Below are positions 1-10,815 of a stretch of 31,094 nucleotides of DNA, in pieces. Under the pieces are notes generated by a model. It made no database searches, was not told where the DNA came from, and saw nothing but the letters and a program-made list of their open reading frames with translations. Position 1 is the first letter of the stretch. Every line of letters starts with the position of its first letter. Source of the stretch: Macrostomum lignano (taxonomy: Eukaryota); contig NIVC01004931.1 of NCBI GenBank assembly GCA_002269645.1, positions 1 through 31,094 of the forward strand, given 5' to 3'. Position numbers and translations under genes: made by a program.

Positions 1-35
1 AATATTCTAATTTGCTTCTTAACGATTCTACAAAG

Positions 36-1313
36 CTTTGATGATGTTGGCGGGAATCCTGCCAGAGCTGCAACAGTCTGGCGTTGCGTTTGATTCTCCC
101 AGGCCGGATCTGGCGGCGGCAGACAATGAAGACACTCGCGACAATGACGATGGCAGCGATTCTTCGCATCGATCGTTGGTGTTCGAAGATCTCACAGACT
201 ATGCGCCAACCCTTGGCGGCGTCGCGTTTAGACCGGTCACTCCACCATTGACGCCAACTTCTTCATCAAAGCTTCCTAATTCCCGATGGCCGCGTCCTCT
301 ATTCGGAAGAGAACCGGCACTAAGCCGAAGTCGAAAAACAATACGGGAATCAGAAAATCGAATAATTCCCAAATTGCGAAGCCGAACTCTTATAAGAAGC
401 GTACGAAACGACGCGATCAAGGCCTATACGATGGATTATCTCATCTGTATCACGCCGATTCTAACGCGATCGAAAGCGCAGCGGCTGTCAGCAACAGTCA
501 GCAGCGTCGAATAATTATTGTCCAACAGTTGGCTTTGATGGCGAAGGAACCCTAGATAGCAGTCGCATGGCCGACGAAGATTCCTCTCTTGCTTGCGTTG
601 AATCTCCATCCGTTTCCATGTCAAAACAGACTGTTGCAATTGCGGATTTGCCAGATCCAGTTCCGGCTGAGGATGTTGAACTGTTTCGCTTAGTTACCGC
701 GCCAACTGCTGCCCAGCAACAGGTTGGAGTTGCCGAGTTGAGTAGCGGTTTAGCTCTACCACCTGCTGTTCAAATTGGTCAGCACCGTATCTCCTGCTGG
801 TACTCGGCACCTTATCCGTCTGAGTACCTGCACCTGGCAGTGCTGCACCTGTGTCCTTTCTGTCTGCACTACACTAAGTCTGCAAACGTATTAGCTAGAC
901 ATCTGCTCAAAACTTGCCAATTACGCCATCCGCCTGGTAACGAAATTTATCGCAGAACCGATTTAAGCGTATTTGAAGTTGACGGCTCATCTGCTAAAGT
1001 CTATTGTCGGAATCTGTGCCTATTAGCCAAGCTGTTTCTCGACCATAAGACTTTGTATTTCGACGTTGAACCGTTTCTATTCTACGTGCTGTGCCAACGT
1101 CGCCAAGACGGCTGGTATCTGTTGGGCTATTTTTCTAAAGAGAAGCGATCCGCTCAGCGTTACAATTTGTCTTGCATCATGACTTTGCCTTGCTATCAGC
1201 GCAGAGGCTATGGCCGATTCCTAATTGACTTCTCCTATCTGCTGTCGCGTAGGGAACTGCTGCCCGGCACGCCCGAGCGACCGCTGTCTGACTTGGGTCG
1301 CCTGACTTATCAG
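36..1313 (+). CDS. KAT6: KAT6 (MOZ/MORF/enok)-like MYST histone acetyltransferase, large exon (upstream exons probably outside the window); two -1 frameshifts at ~283 and ~464
   Basis: ORF 567-1355 has the MYST C2HC zinc finger (CPFC...H...C), [26 protein letters not shown], the acetyl-CoA motif [18 protein letters not shown] and [21 protein letters not shown] (~421-450) and EDVELFR resemble KAT6A/B segments upstream of the MYST domain. Donor CAG|GTGAGG at 1313/1314; possible acceptor CAAAG at 31-35. ORFs 38-514, 286-555 and 567-1355 join if one base is added at each junction. Confidence 0.85.
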
Positions 1314-1428
1314 GTGAGGCTTGGATACGAACGATTGGGAGTCTGTCTTTGCTGACTCGTACAGACATGTTGGTCCGGCGGTACGCTGGTTGCTGTCTGT
1401 GTGTCGTTTTGACCTCAGGTCCTTGGTT

Positions 1429-2390
1429 ATGTGTCTGTCGGTCTCGGCTGTCTGTGTCTGTCGGTCTTAAGTGTATCTGTCTGTCGGTCTTAAGTGTATC
1501 TATCTGTCGGTCTTAAGTGTATCTATCTGTCGGTCTTAAGTGTATCTGTCTGTCGGTCTTAAGTGTATCTATCTGTCGGTCTTAAGTGTATCTATCTGTC
1601 GGTCTTAAGTGTATCTGTCTGTCGGTCTTAAGTGTATCTGTCTGTCGGTCTTAAGTGTATCTATCTGTCGGTCTTAAGTGTATCTATCTGTCGGTCTTAA
1701 GTGTATCTATCTGTCGGTCTTAAGTGTATCTGTCTGTCGGTCTTAAGTGTATCTATCTGTCGGTCTTAAGTGTATCTATCTGTCGGTCTTAAGTGTATCT
1801 ATCTGTCGGTCTTAAGTGTATCTGTCTGTCGGTCTTAAGTGTATCTGTCTGTCGGTCTTAAGTGTATCTGTCTGTCGGTCTTAAGTGTATCTATCTGTCG
1901 GTCTTAAGTGTATCTATCTGTCGGTCTTAAGTGTATCTATCTGTCGGTCTTAAGTGTATCTGTCTGTCGGTCTTAAGTGTATCTGTCTGTCGGTCTTAAG
2001 TGTATGTGTCTGTCGGTCTTAAGTGTATCTATCTGTCGGTCTTAAGTGTATCTGTCTGTCGGTCTCAGCTATCTGTGTCTGTCGGTCTGAGCTATCTGTG
2101 TCTGTCGGTCTCAGCTATCTGTGTCTGTCGGTCTCAGCTATCTGTGTCTGTCGGTCTCAGCTATCTGTGTCTGCCGGTCTCAGCTATCTGTGTCTGTCGG
2201 TCTCAGCTATCTGTCTGTCGGTCTCAGCTATCTGTCTGTCGGTCTCAGCTGTATGTGTCTGTCGGTCTTAATCTTAAGTGTATCTGTCTGTCGGTCTCGG
2301 CTGTCTGTGTCTGTCGGTCTTAAGTGTATCTGTCTGTCGGTCTCAGCTATCTGTCTGTCGCTCTTAGCTATCTGTGTCTGTCTGTCTGTG
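1429..2390. repeat. Intronic 23-bp minisatellite with two subtypes (GTCGGTCTTAAGTGTATCTRTCT, then GTCGGTCTCAGCTATCTGTGTCT), decaying into GTCT-rich sequence
   Basis: GTCGG recurs every 23 nt (1506, 1529; 2058, 2081). The array lies in KAT6 intron 1314-2611. Confidence 0.95.
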
Positions 2391-2611
2391 TGTTTGTTTA
2401 TCTGTCCTTCCTTGCTGTCTTTGTCTGTCAGTCTCAGCTTGTTTATTTTTTGTTTATCTTTGTTGTCCGTCCTTATGGCTGCCTGTCTGTCTGTCGATCT
2501 AGGCTGTGTTTGTATCTCAGTATCTTATTAAACTCTATGAATTTTTTTTTTAATTTTGAAGCCTTTACTACAAAAGCATCAATTGTCCTTCCCCTACAAA
2601 AACATTGCAAG

Positions 2612-2994
2612 GCCTATTGGACAGACGCAGTGCTAGACTGGCTATCAGCAAAAGTTTTCGGCTCAACTGACAAACTGGAATCGGCCTCGTTCATCAGCTG
2701 TACAGACTTGAGTAGCATAGAATTCTCAATCTCTGAAATGGCTTATAGCACTGGCATTGAAGCTGACGATCTGGCTGGCACTCTGCAGCGTCTGGAATTA
2801 CTGCAGCTGTCATCTGCTCAGCCGCTGCAGCAGCGTCAACAGCTTCAAGTAGACGCCAGTAAACTACGACGCCGCTTGCTAGATCGTCGTCGAGTTCGTC
2901 AGGGCAGCGGCGGTGCCGGGCCGGACGACGTACAGTTGAATTGGCCAAATTGGACGAAGAAGCCCTGCGTTGGGCACCTGTAGTGATTCGCTGA
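2612..2994 (+). CDS. KAT6: KAT6-like MYST acetyltransferase, last exon (winged-helix end of the MYST domain); -1 frameshift at ~2948
   Basis: Acceptor TTGCAAG| at 2611 joins LGRLTYQ to AYWTDAVLD in phase 0, then FSISEMAYSTGIEADDLAGTLQRL. Adding one A to the AAA at 2947-2949 gives KLDEEALRWAPVVIR-stop (TGA 2992-2994), which matches the MYST C-terminal LRW-x-P motif. Confidence 0.85.
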
Positions 2995-3865
2995 TTTAAT
3001 TAGTGATTTAATGTGTAAACATGCAGTTTATTATGCTACTGTTGCTGGGGGGGGGGGTCAGGCTCTCCAGTCAATTCAGTTGAAAACGTTATTCTGACTT
3101 TTCAAATAATCAAATAACCGTGACGGTCACTAGCGCATCACGTGAGTTGCTGAATCGTAAGAGGCGCAATAAGTCCAAGAGTCGTTGTGTTAGCGCTTAG
3201 CGCTTGGCCCCAGAGTCGCAGACAATAAAATGCCTCAAATAGACTCTTAGGCGAATTGTACCGTGACATCTCTTCATTTTAGAGTAACTTCTTTCCTATT
3301 TTACCTGTGTTACCTGCAAGAACCTGTTTACCTAAGCCTGTTCAACCCTATCTATTAATGAAATTACCTAAATAAAACAAAATTAATTTGTCCTTAAAGA
3401 AAACTAATCAGTAAACAATAAGAACTGTTTCATGTGTCGATTTTTTCAAATTGCATTTTCGTCTTATATCTCAATCAAAATAGTGTATTTTAATCTGATT
3501 ATTTTTCAACTGTTTATTAGTGCTGTATGTTATTATCCAGCTAACTCGCTTATTTGCTAATAACACTTATCGCCTGTGCTATTTGTTCATATTAGTTGCT
3601 TCAAATACTACTTTCAGCTTACTCTTTATATTCTGCATTCGTTTTGTTGTTTTGCTTTTAAAAATGTGTGCTAAGTTCGATCAACAATATTCTTGCTGTC
3701 CGCACCGTGCGCTAAGTTTTACCGCTTTTTTGCTTTTTTGCTACTTTTTCTTACGAATATAAGTAGTCTATAGTTGAAACTATGGAAGATAATTGAAGTA
3801 GAAGAAACGCCACACTTAAAAATTCTAACATCTAAATTTATATGTTTTGATGTTAAAGTTTTGAA

Positions 3866-4823
3866 GCGGAGTTTCGTTTGTCTGGCTGACCTCTCTCCTT
3901 ACTGCTTTCTCTTTGGTTGAGCTAGATTGGGCCTGCTCCTAGGCTGCGTTTCGTCCGTCTGACTGAACTCTCTCCTTACTGCTTTCTCTTTGGTTGAGCT
4001 AGATTGGGCCTGCTCCTAGGCTGCGTTTCGTCCGTCTGACTGAACTCTCTCCTTACTGCTTTCTCTTTGGTTGAGCTAGATTGGGCCTGCTCCTAGGCTG
4101 CGTTTCGTCCGTCTGACTGAACTCTCTCCTTACTGCTTTCTCTTTGGTTGAGCTAGATTGGGCCTGCTCCTAGGCTGCGTTTCGTCCGTCTGACTGAACT
4201 CTCTCCTTACTGCTCTCATTGGCTGAGCTAGATTGGGCCTGCTCCTAGGCAGCGTTTCGTCCGTCTGACTAAACTCTCTCCTTACTGCTCTCATTGGCTG
4301 AGCTAGATTGGGCCTGCTCCTAGGATGCGTTTCGTCCGTCTGACTAAACTCTCTCCTTACTGCTCTCATTGGCTGAGCTAGATTGGGCCTGCTCCTAGGA
4401 TGCGTTTCGTCCGTCTGACTGAACTCTCTCCTTACTGCTCTCTCATTGGCTGAGCTAGATTGGGCCTGCTCCTAGGATGCGTTTCGTCCGTCTGACTGAA
4501 CTCTCTCCTTACTGCTCTCTCATTGGCTGAGCTAGATTGGGCCTGCCCCCCCCCCCTAGGCTGAGTTTCGTCCAGCTAAGTTGACCTTTCTCCTTACTCT
4601 TACTGCTCTCATTGGCTGAGCTAGATTGGGCCTGCCCCCTAGGCGGAGTTTCCTCCGTCTCATTTTAGCCTCTCTCCTTACTGCTTTCTCATTGGCTGAG
4701 CTATATTAGGCCTGCCCCCCCCCTACACTAACGTTCGTCCGGCTAACTTTGACTCTCTCCCCTTTTGATCTCTCATTAGCTGAGATACTCAGACCTGCCC
4801 CTTAGACTGAGTTGCTTCTGTCT
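3866..4823. repeat. Intergenic ~77-bp tandem repeat, about 12 copies, degenerating towards the 3' end
   Basis: ACTGCTTTCT at 3901, 3978 and 4055 (period 77). Later units are ~75-85 bp, with CTCATTGGCT and poly-C variants. Confidence 0.95.
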
Positions 4824-5659
4824 TGCGTTCACTTGTGTAACATCAAGTTAAATGCTTAATCATTCTTTTGCTCCTGAGGCAACAAGCACCGAGGTTAGTG
4901 CAAGAACAGGCCGTTTCTTCTATTTCAGTTGTCAAAAACATGGTTAGAATACGCTTGGTATCTATATGCTATTTAACCTATAATACTAACTCTTTGTACT
5001 CTTTTTTGAAACTGTACCTTTATCTATAAAACAAAGAGTTCAAGCCGGTCTTTCTTTTATTGTGTTATTTTGGCGTCCCGAAATGTTAATTTAAGTCTTT
5101 TTCGAGAACAAACCGCTGCTCAGTTCCGGTGCGACCTTTTATATATTTACTTATTTTATGATTTAAATTGACAACACACCGTATCATTTAGTGCAATTTG
5201 AGTTTGTTCTTTTATTAAAACAAATATCAATAATTTACGGTGTTACTATGCGCGTATTATAACTGGAATTTCAGCTCATTTTGTTTAGTGCAGTTTATAC
5301 AGTTGTCCTTTTGTACAGCGCATTGTTTAGCTGTTATATACTATAATTCAGTTTTTGCCTTTCTATTTTAATCTATTAGTATCCGTCTATTTTTAACAGT
5401 TTTAATTTGTTTAATATAATCGTATAAAATTGCTGTCTATTTGTTGGTCTTTTTAAAAGAAAACTTTTCTTACTCGTATCAATGTGTCTTTTTTAAACAA
5501 AAGCTCACTTGTTTAATAATAAACAAAGCAGGGTGGTGTATTATTTAAACTTAATTGTTGTTTATTTATTTTTACACAATAAAATTTTTATAGATTCAAA
5601 CAATCAGATAGCTAGCTTATCTCACTTTGCTTGGCTTCGACCATAGACATTTGATTAGG

Positions 5660-5993
5660 TTTAATAGTTAGAGGCAGTGTATGCATCCTGGCCATGGATG
5701 AAGGCGCACTATGTCTCCATTGTCACACAACCAGCGAGAGGCATTACTGCACATTCCGCCGACTCCAAAGCAGGCACACATAGCTGAGTATACAGCGGCC
5801 CTCACTTTACTTACCGTTAGGCATGTAACTTCACTGTGCCTTGGGGTTGGCCCACAAGCTGGGCGTTAAATGCACGAGCAGAGCCAAGCCAAGATTCCAA
5901 TTTAGCCCTTTAAATTAATGTGACAGCTCTTGGAATCGAGCCTGGGCCGCTAGTACATCAGAGCGCCTCGCTAGACCACTAGGCTACGGCCCC
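5660..5993 (-). mobile_element. tRNA-derived SINE, apparently full-length copy (3' end approximate)
   Basis: The minus strand begins GGGGCCGTAGCCTAGTGGTCTAG (A box TAGCCTAGTGG) ... GGCTCGATTCC (B box, + coordinates 5932-5942). The T-arm/acceptor stem does not pair. A homologous copy lies at ~25022-25185. Confidence 0.7.
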
Positions 5994-6160
5994 TTGGTGG
6001 TCACAAAACGTAGACGGTCCATCTAGCTGAGCTGCAATAGAAATTTTAAGGTTAGGCGTTGCACTGTCTCAGCAATGCAGTAAAAATTTAGCCTAATTGA
6101 ACCGAAGTGAAACGAAGTGAACAAAGGATTACATCCCCCTTTTCTCCACAATCCAATTGC

Positions 6161-7044
6161 ATGAAGGTTCCACGCGGTGCCGAATTTCAATACTGGCCGC
6201 GCTACATCAGCCGGCTGCTGCGTATGCAGGTGAAATACTGCGGCGAATTATTAGGCTACAAATTGGCTGTGCCTCAGCCTCAGTCTATGTACTTCGGCTT
6301 GCCAGACTCGAAGCCTCATCAGCAGAAAGATTTAGTTAATCGGCGACTGTTTGGCGCCACAGATAAGGGCTATCCTAATTGGTCATTTAGCGAGCAGTAT
6401 CCGTGGGATCAGGCTAACACCATAGCCGAGTATGTGTACCCGGATGTCACCTGGACTGTGCAGTACCCAGACGGTAGACGCCGGGCCCAGCGAATCAGTG
6501 GTCTGACCTGGCAGGATCAGACCATCTATCCGGGTGACATCGTGGTAGTAACGGATCCTAAGCATCCGATTGTGTGAACGCTTCCGCTGTAGCTTCCGGC
6601 GAGATGCGCTCCGGTCGCGTGATCTATATTCAACGAATGCAACGAGCCGCCATAGTTTCTGGCCTGAATATTGATTATGTTCAGCAGGGCAATTCGCCAA
6701 ACCAGCTGGGGACTGTTGCCAATCTAATCAGTCTGGACAGTCTGTCTCTGCTAGACCCGAAAACTCAACAGCCTACTAAAGCCGAATGGCGTCAAAATGA
6801 AGCTGGCGAACTTGTTCGAGTCGCTTTGGCTACGGGGCGTATTATACCCCTACCGTTGGAGTGGGAGACTCTTGACGACCAGACTAGGCCTAGTCAGTAC
6901 CTGCTGAATGAGCAGCACGATACGCCTGAAGCCGACCTGCTCAACGCCACCTATCGGCCTAGTAGCAGAACATTTGAAGAAGAGATTGACGCAGAAATGA
7001 ACTTGCCAGAGCCTGGGCCAAGGCGGGAAACATTTTGGTATTAA
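6161..7044 (+). CDS. MRPL24: Mitochondrial large-subunit ribosomal protein uL24m, intronless; -1 frameshift at ~6560
   Basis: KOW-like start IYPGDIVVV, then GRV...RAAIVSGLN, LLDPKTQQPTKAEWRQNEAGELVRVALATGRIIPLP, TYRPSSRTFEEEI and the terminal FWY-stop, all characteristic of MRPL24. ORFs 6107-6577 and 6574-7044 join by adding one base (CCT AAG [G]CA TCC). ATG at 6161. Confidence 0.9.
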
Positions 7045-7814
7045 TTAGGACTCAAGTGTTTGAATACACCACAGATATTAAAATAACTGGATGGGCCACC
7101 CAGGCATGTATACTTGGTAAAGCAGCTTTCTACTTGCAGTTCAGTAGCAAAGAAGACTACGTAAGCTAATAAAGGCAGCTAAAATGACTTTGATAAGTTT
7201 AGAAGCCCAAGCTTGCAGGCGCGTAAACAACTTGCTAATTGGTTCAGCAATAATGTACATTAGCCAGCTGTCCACTGAAATGTACATGGCAGCTTTAGGC
7301 TGGAATTCCGAGAAAGGCAATAAAAATTGGGGCGGGGCGGGGGGGTAGTGTAGAAAGAGCGCGATTGGAGGGTTTTGGAGGGGGGGTTAAGAGCCACAAT
7401 ATATTATTGAGCCTTGGATTTAAAATACATTAAAATGCTTCTGTTTAACTTACTACTGAACTGAAAGTAGCTTACACGCAAATGTGCTGAGTGGACCATA
7501 AAGTTATTCTAGCATCTGTAGAATGCGCTAAATTCAAAAACTTCACACCTGTTTTTAGTAGCTTAACAACAAAAACTAAAGTTAATAATAAAAGTGTTAA
7601 AGCATTTCTCAATTATGATAACAATAAAAAATATTTAGTTATTGTTTTTCTGTAACGTTTTTATGAACTTTCTTTGCATTATTTTTTCTATTCTCATTTT
7701 CATCCTTATTTATAGAGTCGCTAAATGGCGGTTAAGACATGGTGAAGCATCTTATGATTTGAGTATACGGCATTATTATTTATAATGCAAGTATATACAA
7801 GTATCTTTTCTTGT

Positions 7815-8593
7815 TTATTTCCGTTCCTGAATCGCCGACCAAGAACCAGATCGCGCGAGTTGGCTGAGGCTTCAGCCTCCTCGTCAATCTCTACATCTTC
7901 ATCTACAGTTGTCGTCCACTCGACATCGTCTGCATCGAATTCTTCATCCAGCTTTCTTGGTCTGCTATGGACAGAAGAAATACAACTGCGTCGCGCTCTG
8001 TTGCGTAGTATGCGCGATTCGAGTTCTAATAGCACTTCCGGTGTGACTTCCGGTTCTGATAGCGGCACTTCCGGTTCCAGTTGTACCACTTCCGGCGTGA
8101 CTTCCGGTCCAAATTGCGGCACTTCCGGTTCCAATAGTATCACTTTCGGTGTGACTCCGGTCCCAATCGCGACACTTCCGGTTCCAGTAGTATCACTTCC
8201 GGTGTGACTTCCGGTCCCAATTGCGGCACTTCTGGTTTCAGTAGTAACTTCAGTCAACGAAAGCGAACAATGTCGGAATCGAATTTTTCTATCACTGCAA
8301 TCGACAATAAAAAGTCTAACCAAAAAAGTCGAATCTCATTTCCATCGTCAACTTACGGAATTCCGGCTTTGCGTCCGTTAGACGTCTTAGCGAGGCTGCT
8401 CAGATTGAGCCGCAGCTTTGCGTAGATCCTGGCACCGGAAATCCGGTTCGTACTGGCGATTTCTTAGAGTTCCTCTGCTTTCACGGCGCCAACCCGTCTG
8501 TGCCGATGCCACAGAGGTTGCGTTTTTTCGCCCTGCCGCCCAGCCAGCGGATTCTACCGATCCAAAAGAGGAAACAGGGAATCCCTCGAGTTT
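7815..8593 (-). CDS. Putative uncharacterised protein with an 18-aa PEV repeat, acidic patch and basic C-terminus; start not resolved, several apparent indels
   Basis: Minus-strand intron 8356-8295 has a GTAAGT donor and T-rich TTGCAG acceptor. The 54-bp repeat reads PEVTPEVILLEPEVPQLG with several synonymous differences between units, followed by LDEEFDADDVEW...DEEAEAS. No homolog recognised, and a continuous frame needs several assumed indels. Confidence 0.35.
8034..8235. repeat. 54-bp tandem repeat with three ACTTCCGG (ETS-type CCGGAAGT) cores per unit
   Basis: Cores at 8034, 8046, 8067, 8088, 8100, 8121, (8142), (8154), 8174, 8195, 8207, (8228); spacing 12/21/21 except one 20. Confidence 0.9.
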
Positions 8594-8762
8594 CTAATGA
8601 GAACACTAATCCGAGAGGCGGGCTGTTGGAGGCTAAAAAACGCCGAAAATCTTGCGACACAATGGGAACGGTCAACGGCCAACTCTGTGGAAACGGTTAG
8701 TCCAAGATCGCTAGCAAGTAAATCGTGTTTTTTCCTGGAAACAGCTTAGATACTGTATCTTC

Positions 8763-9010
8763 CGCTGGGAAAAATTCAGCGACGACAGGTTGATGACGAG
8801 AAGTTGACGACTAGTCACCCTGTCGTCGCCATTGGCAGTCGACCAATCAGAGGCCGATAGAAAGCAGGCAGCGAAGCAGATTTGGAAGCGCGCATTTGAA
8901 CGATACTACTGAGTTGAACAAATCATACTTATTTTAGCAAATCAATAGTTAATCGACAGGGCTGTCGTTGCTTGTCGTCAGAGTGTCGTCGCTGCAATTT
9001 TTTCCCAGCG
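8763..9010. mobile_element. 248-bp inverted-repeat element (MITE-like, TTC on both flanks), possibly a bidirectional promoter
   Basis: CGCTGGGAAAAATTCAGCGACGACA (8763-8787) is inverted at 8984-9010 with two 1-nt gaps. Degenerate arms extend to CCCTGTCG (8818) / CGACAGGG (8954). TTC lies at 8760-8762 and 9011-9013. ATTGG at 8831 and CCAAT at 8843. Confidence 0.55.
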
Positions 9011-10815
9011 TTCCAAGCATTGGCAGTTTGGCTTTTACTTTAAGTAGTCAATTGTTTCCTCATAGCGTTACAAACGTCAATGGCATTTTATTAATAACAA
9101 TTAATTTTATTATCCACGTGATTTTTTCTTTTTTTCATTGCTTTTTTAAATTTTGCGTAGCAACTAAACGCGGTCTTGTATTATATTAATTTTGCTTTTA
9201 TCTACATTTGTTGCGTATTATTATATACAAAATTGCATTTACGTGCAATTCGTGTGCTTTTTTTATAATTGGTTAATAAACAATTCAATAAAAATGCTTG
9301 ACTAAGTGTGGTTTTATTTAACCAGTAGTACATTTTCTCTTTATGTTTTTTACCTTAATTATCAATTAGAATTTTAAGTAAGTGTTTCTTGTTAAAAAAT
9401 AGACTAGCAACCTAGCGTTCCCACGCGCTAGGTTAGTGTTGGCCAAACAGCAAAATGCATAACTCATTAGCAGCATACTTGTAGTACCATATTTAGGATT
9501 TTTAATAACTTAGTAGAAATAAGTAAATTCTATACAAGAAATTACTGAATTTAAACTCATGCATTTCTTTCGTGCATGCTTAAGTATCTGAATACCCCGT
9601 GGTGCTCTAATTTTATTGATAACTAGAGTGGAGAAGGTAAACTGCAATTCGCGATGTGACGACCAATAAATGCCACTGAGGTGGTGATCCATCATCGACC
9701 TCTGAGGTCACGTGCAGTGATGATGCTTTACTCGGACAATAACTTGCGTTGTTTATTTGTAATTGTCAGCTCGTAAATACGCTTGGTAAAGGTTGATTTT
9801 ACACTTCATCAATAACCTGAGATTATTTACAAGAAGATTCTTTAACTTGGCATCGTAAATTTATCCAAAAAACTCCAATCAGACGCTGACCATTCTAAGT
9901 AGAGTCAATGCGTATTTTTCTAGCTGAAAATTAATTCGAAAAGTAAAGAATAAACGGTTGTTTTATTTAGATTCCGTCGTATATATATACATCAATGTAA
10001 GAAACAATTTGTAGCGCTATTTAGCTTCTTCATAGCTCTTTAATATAGTCGCTTATCACTCACTCCGAAATTGAGCAATATTTTTTTGTTTGTTATTTTC
10101 AATTTTTCGCCAAAACTATAGATGTTTACAGTGTGTCTATTTTTGTTATTCTAATAGAAGCGCCATTACGCAAATCCATCGATGTGCTTATAATGTAGTG
10201 TAGCTGATTGTTTTGATCAAGTTTAATTTAAAAAAATAATAATTTCAATATTTACTCCAGATTCTACTAATTGATATGGTTTGTCAATTAATGTGTTGCT
10301 TATTTTTTGTTGAAATAATTGCCCCTAATTATTAATCCTTCTAATTGTAGAAGCGATTTTTAAGTTCTCTCTCGGATGAAAGCAAACCAACCAGTGACAT
10401 TTGCTGTCATTTTTCTGTATCTCTCCTGTCCTTGCGTGTTTGTTCGTCATTCGCGCTATTAAATCCCATATTTTATTCAGTACGTATGCTCGTATGTATT
10501 ATTTATTATTTAAGCCTAGAAATTTCGGTTAAAAGAATCTTAATGGGCCAATATTCCTATATATTATGTATCAATAGTTGTTATGGCTCATTTAGTTCTA
10601 ATAAAAACATAACCTAATGTATCCATTAATAATACGTTTATTGTGTGGTCGCGGTTTCTTATGAGGATAAATTGCCTATATTATTCGATCCGCTTATTGT
10701 AATGTTTAATTTACTTTGTAACTTTCACCACGTTATTTTATGTCACTATCTGGTACACGAAACTTCAATTAAGACTTTAAATCATTTCAATTTTGTTTTT
10801 TAACTTGCAAACGAA

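Noticed and set aside
2000-2531. ORFs of 82-136 aa rich in LSV/C
   Set aside because: Translations of the stop-poor 23-bp intronic minisatellite.
5920-5993. Possible tRNA gene
   Set aside because: A and B boxes are present but the T-stem and acceptor stem do not pair, and homology with the second copy extends beyond the tRNA part, so it is a SINE head.
7950-8030. Plus-strand TEEIQLRRALLRSMRD resembling a ubiquitin-interacting motif (ORF 7785-8207)
   Set aside because: The surrounding Ser richness is what the antisense of an acidic sequence gives, and the splice signals and synonymous pattern favour the minus strand. Not fully excluded without stranded RNA-seq.
9717-9819. Box C (GTGATGA) ... 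box D (CTGA) pair suggesting a C/D snoRNA
   Set aside because: No terminal stem and no recognisable antisense guide; such motif pairs occur by chance.
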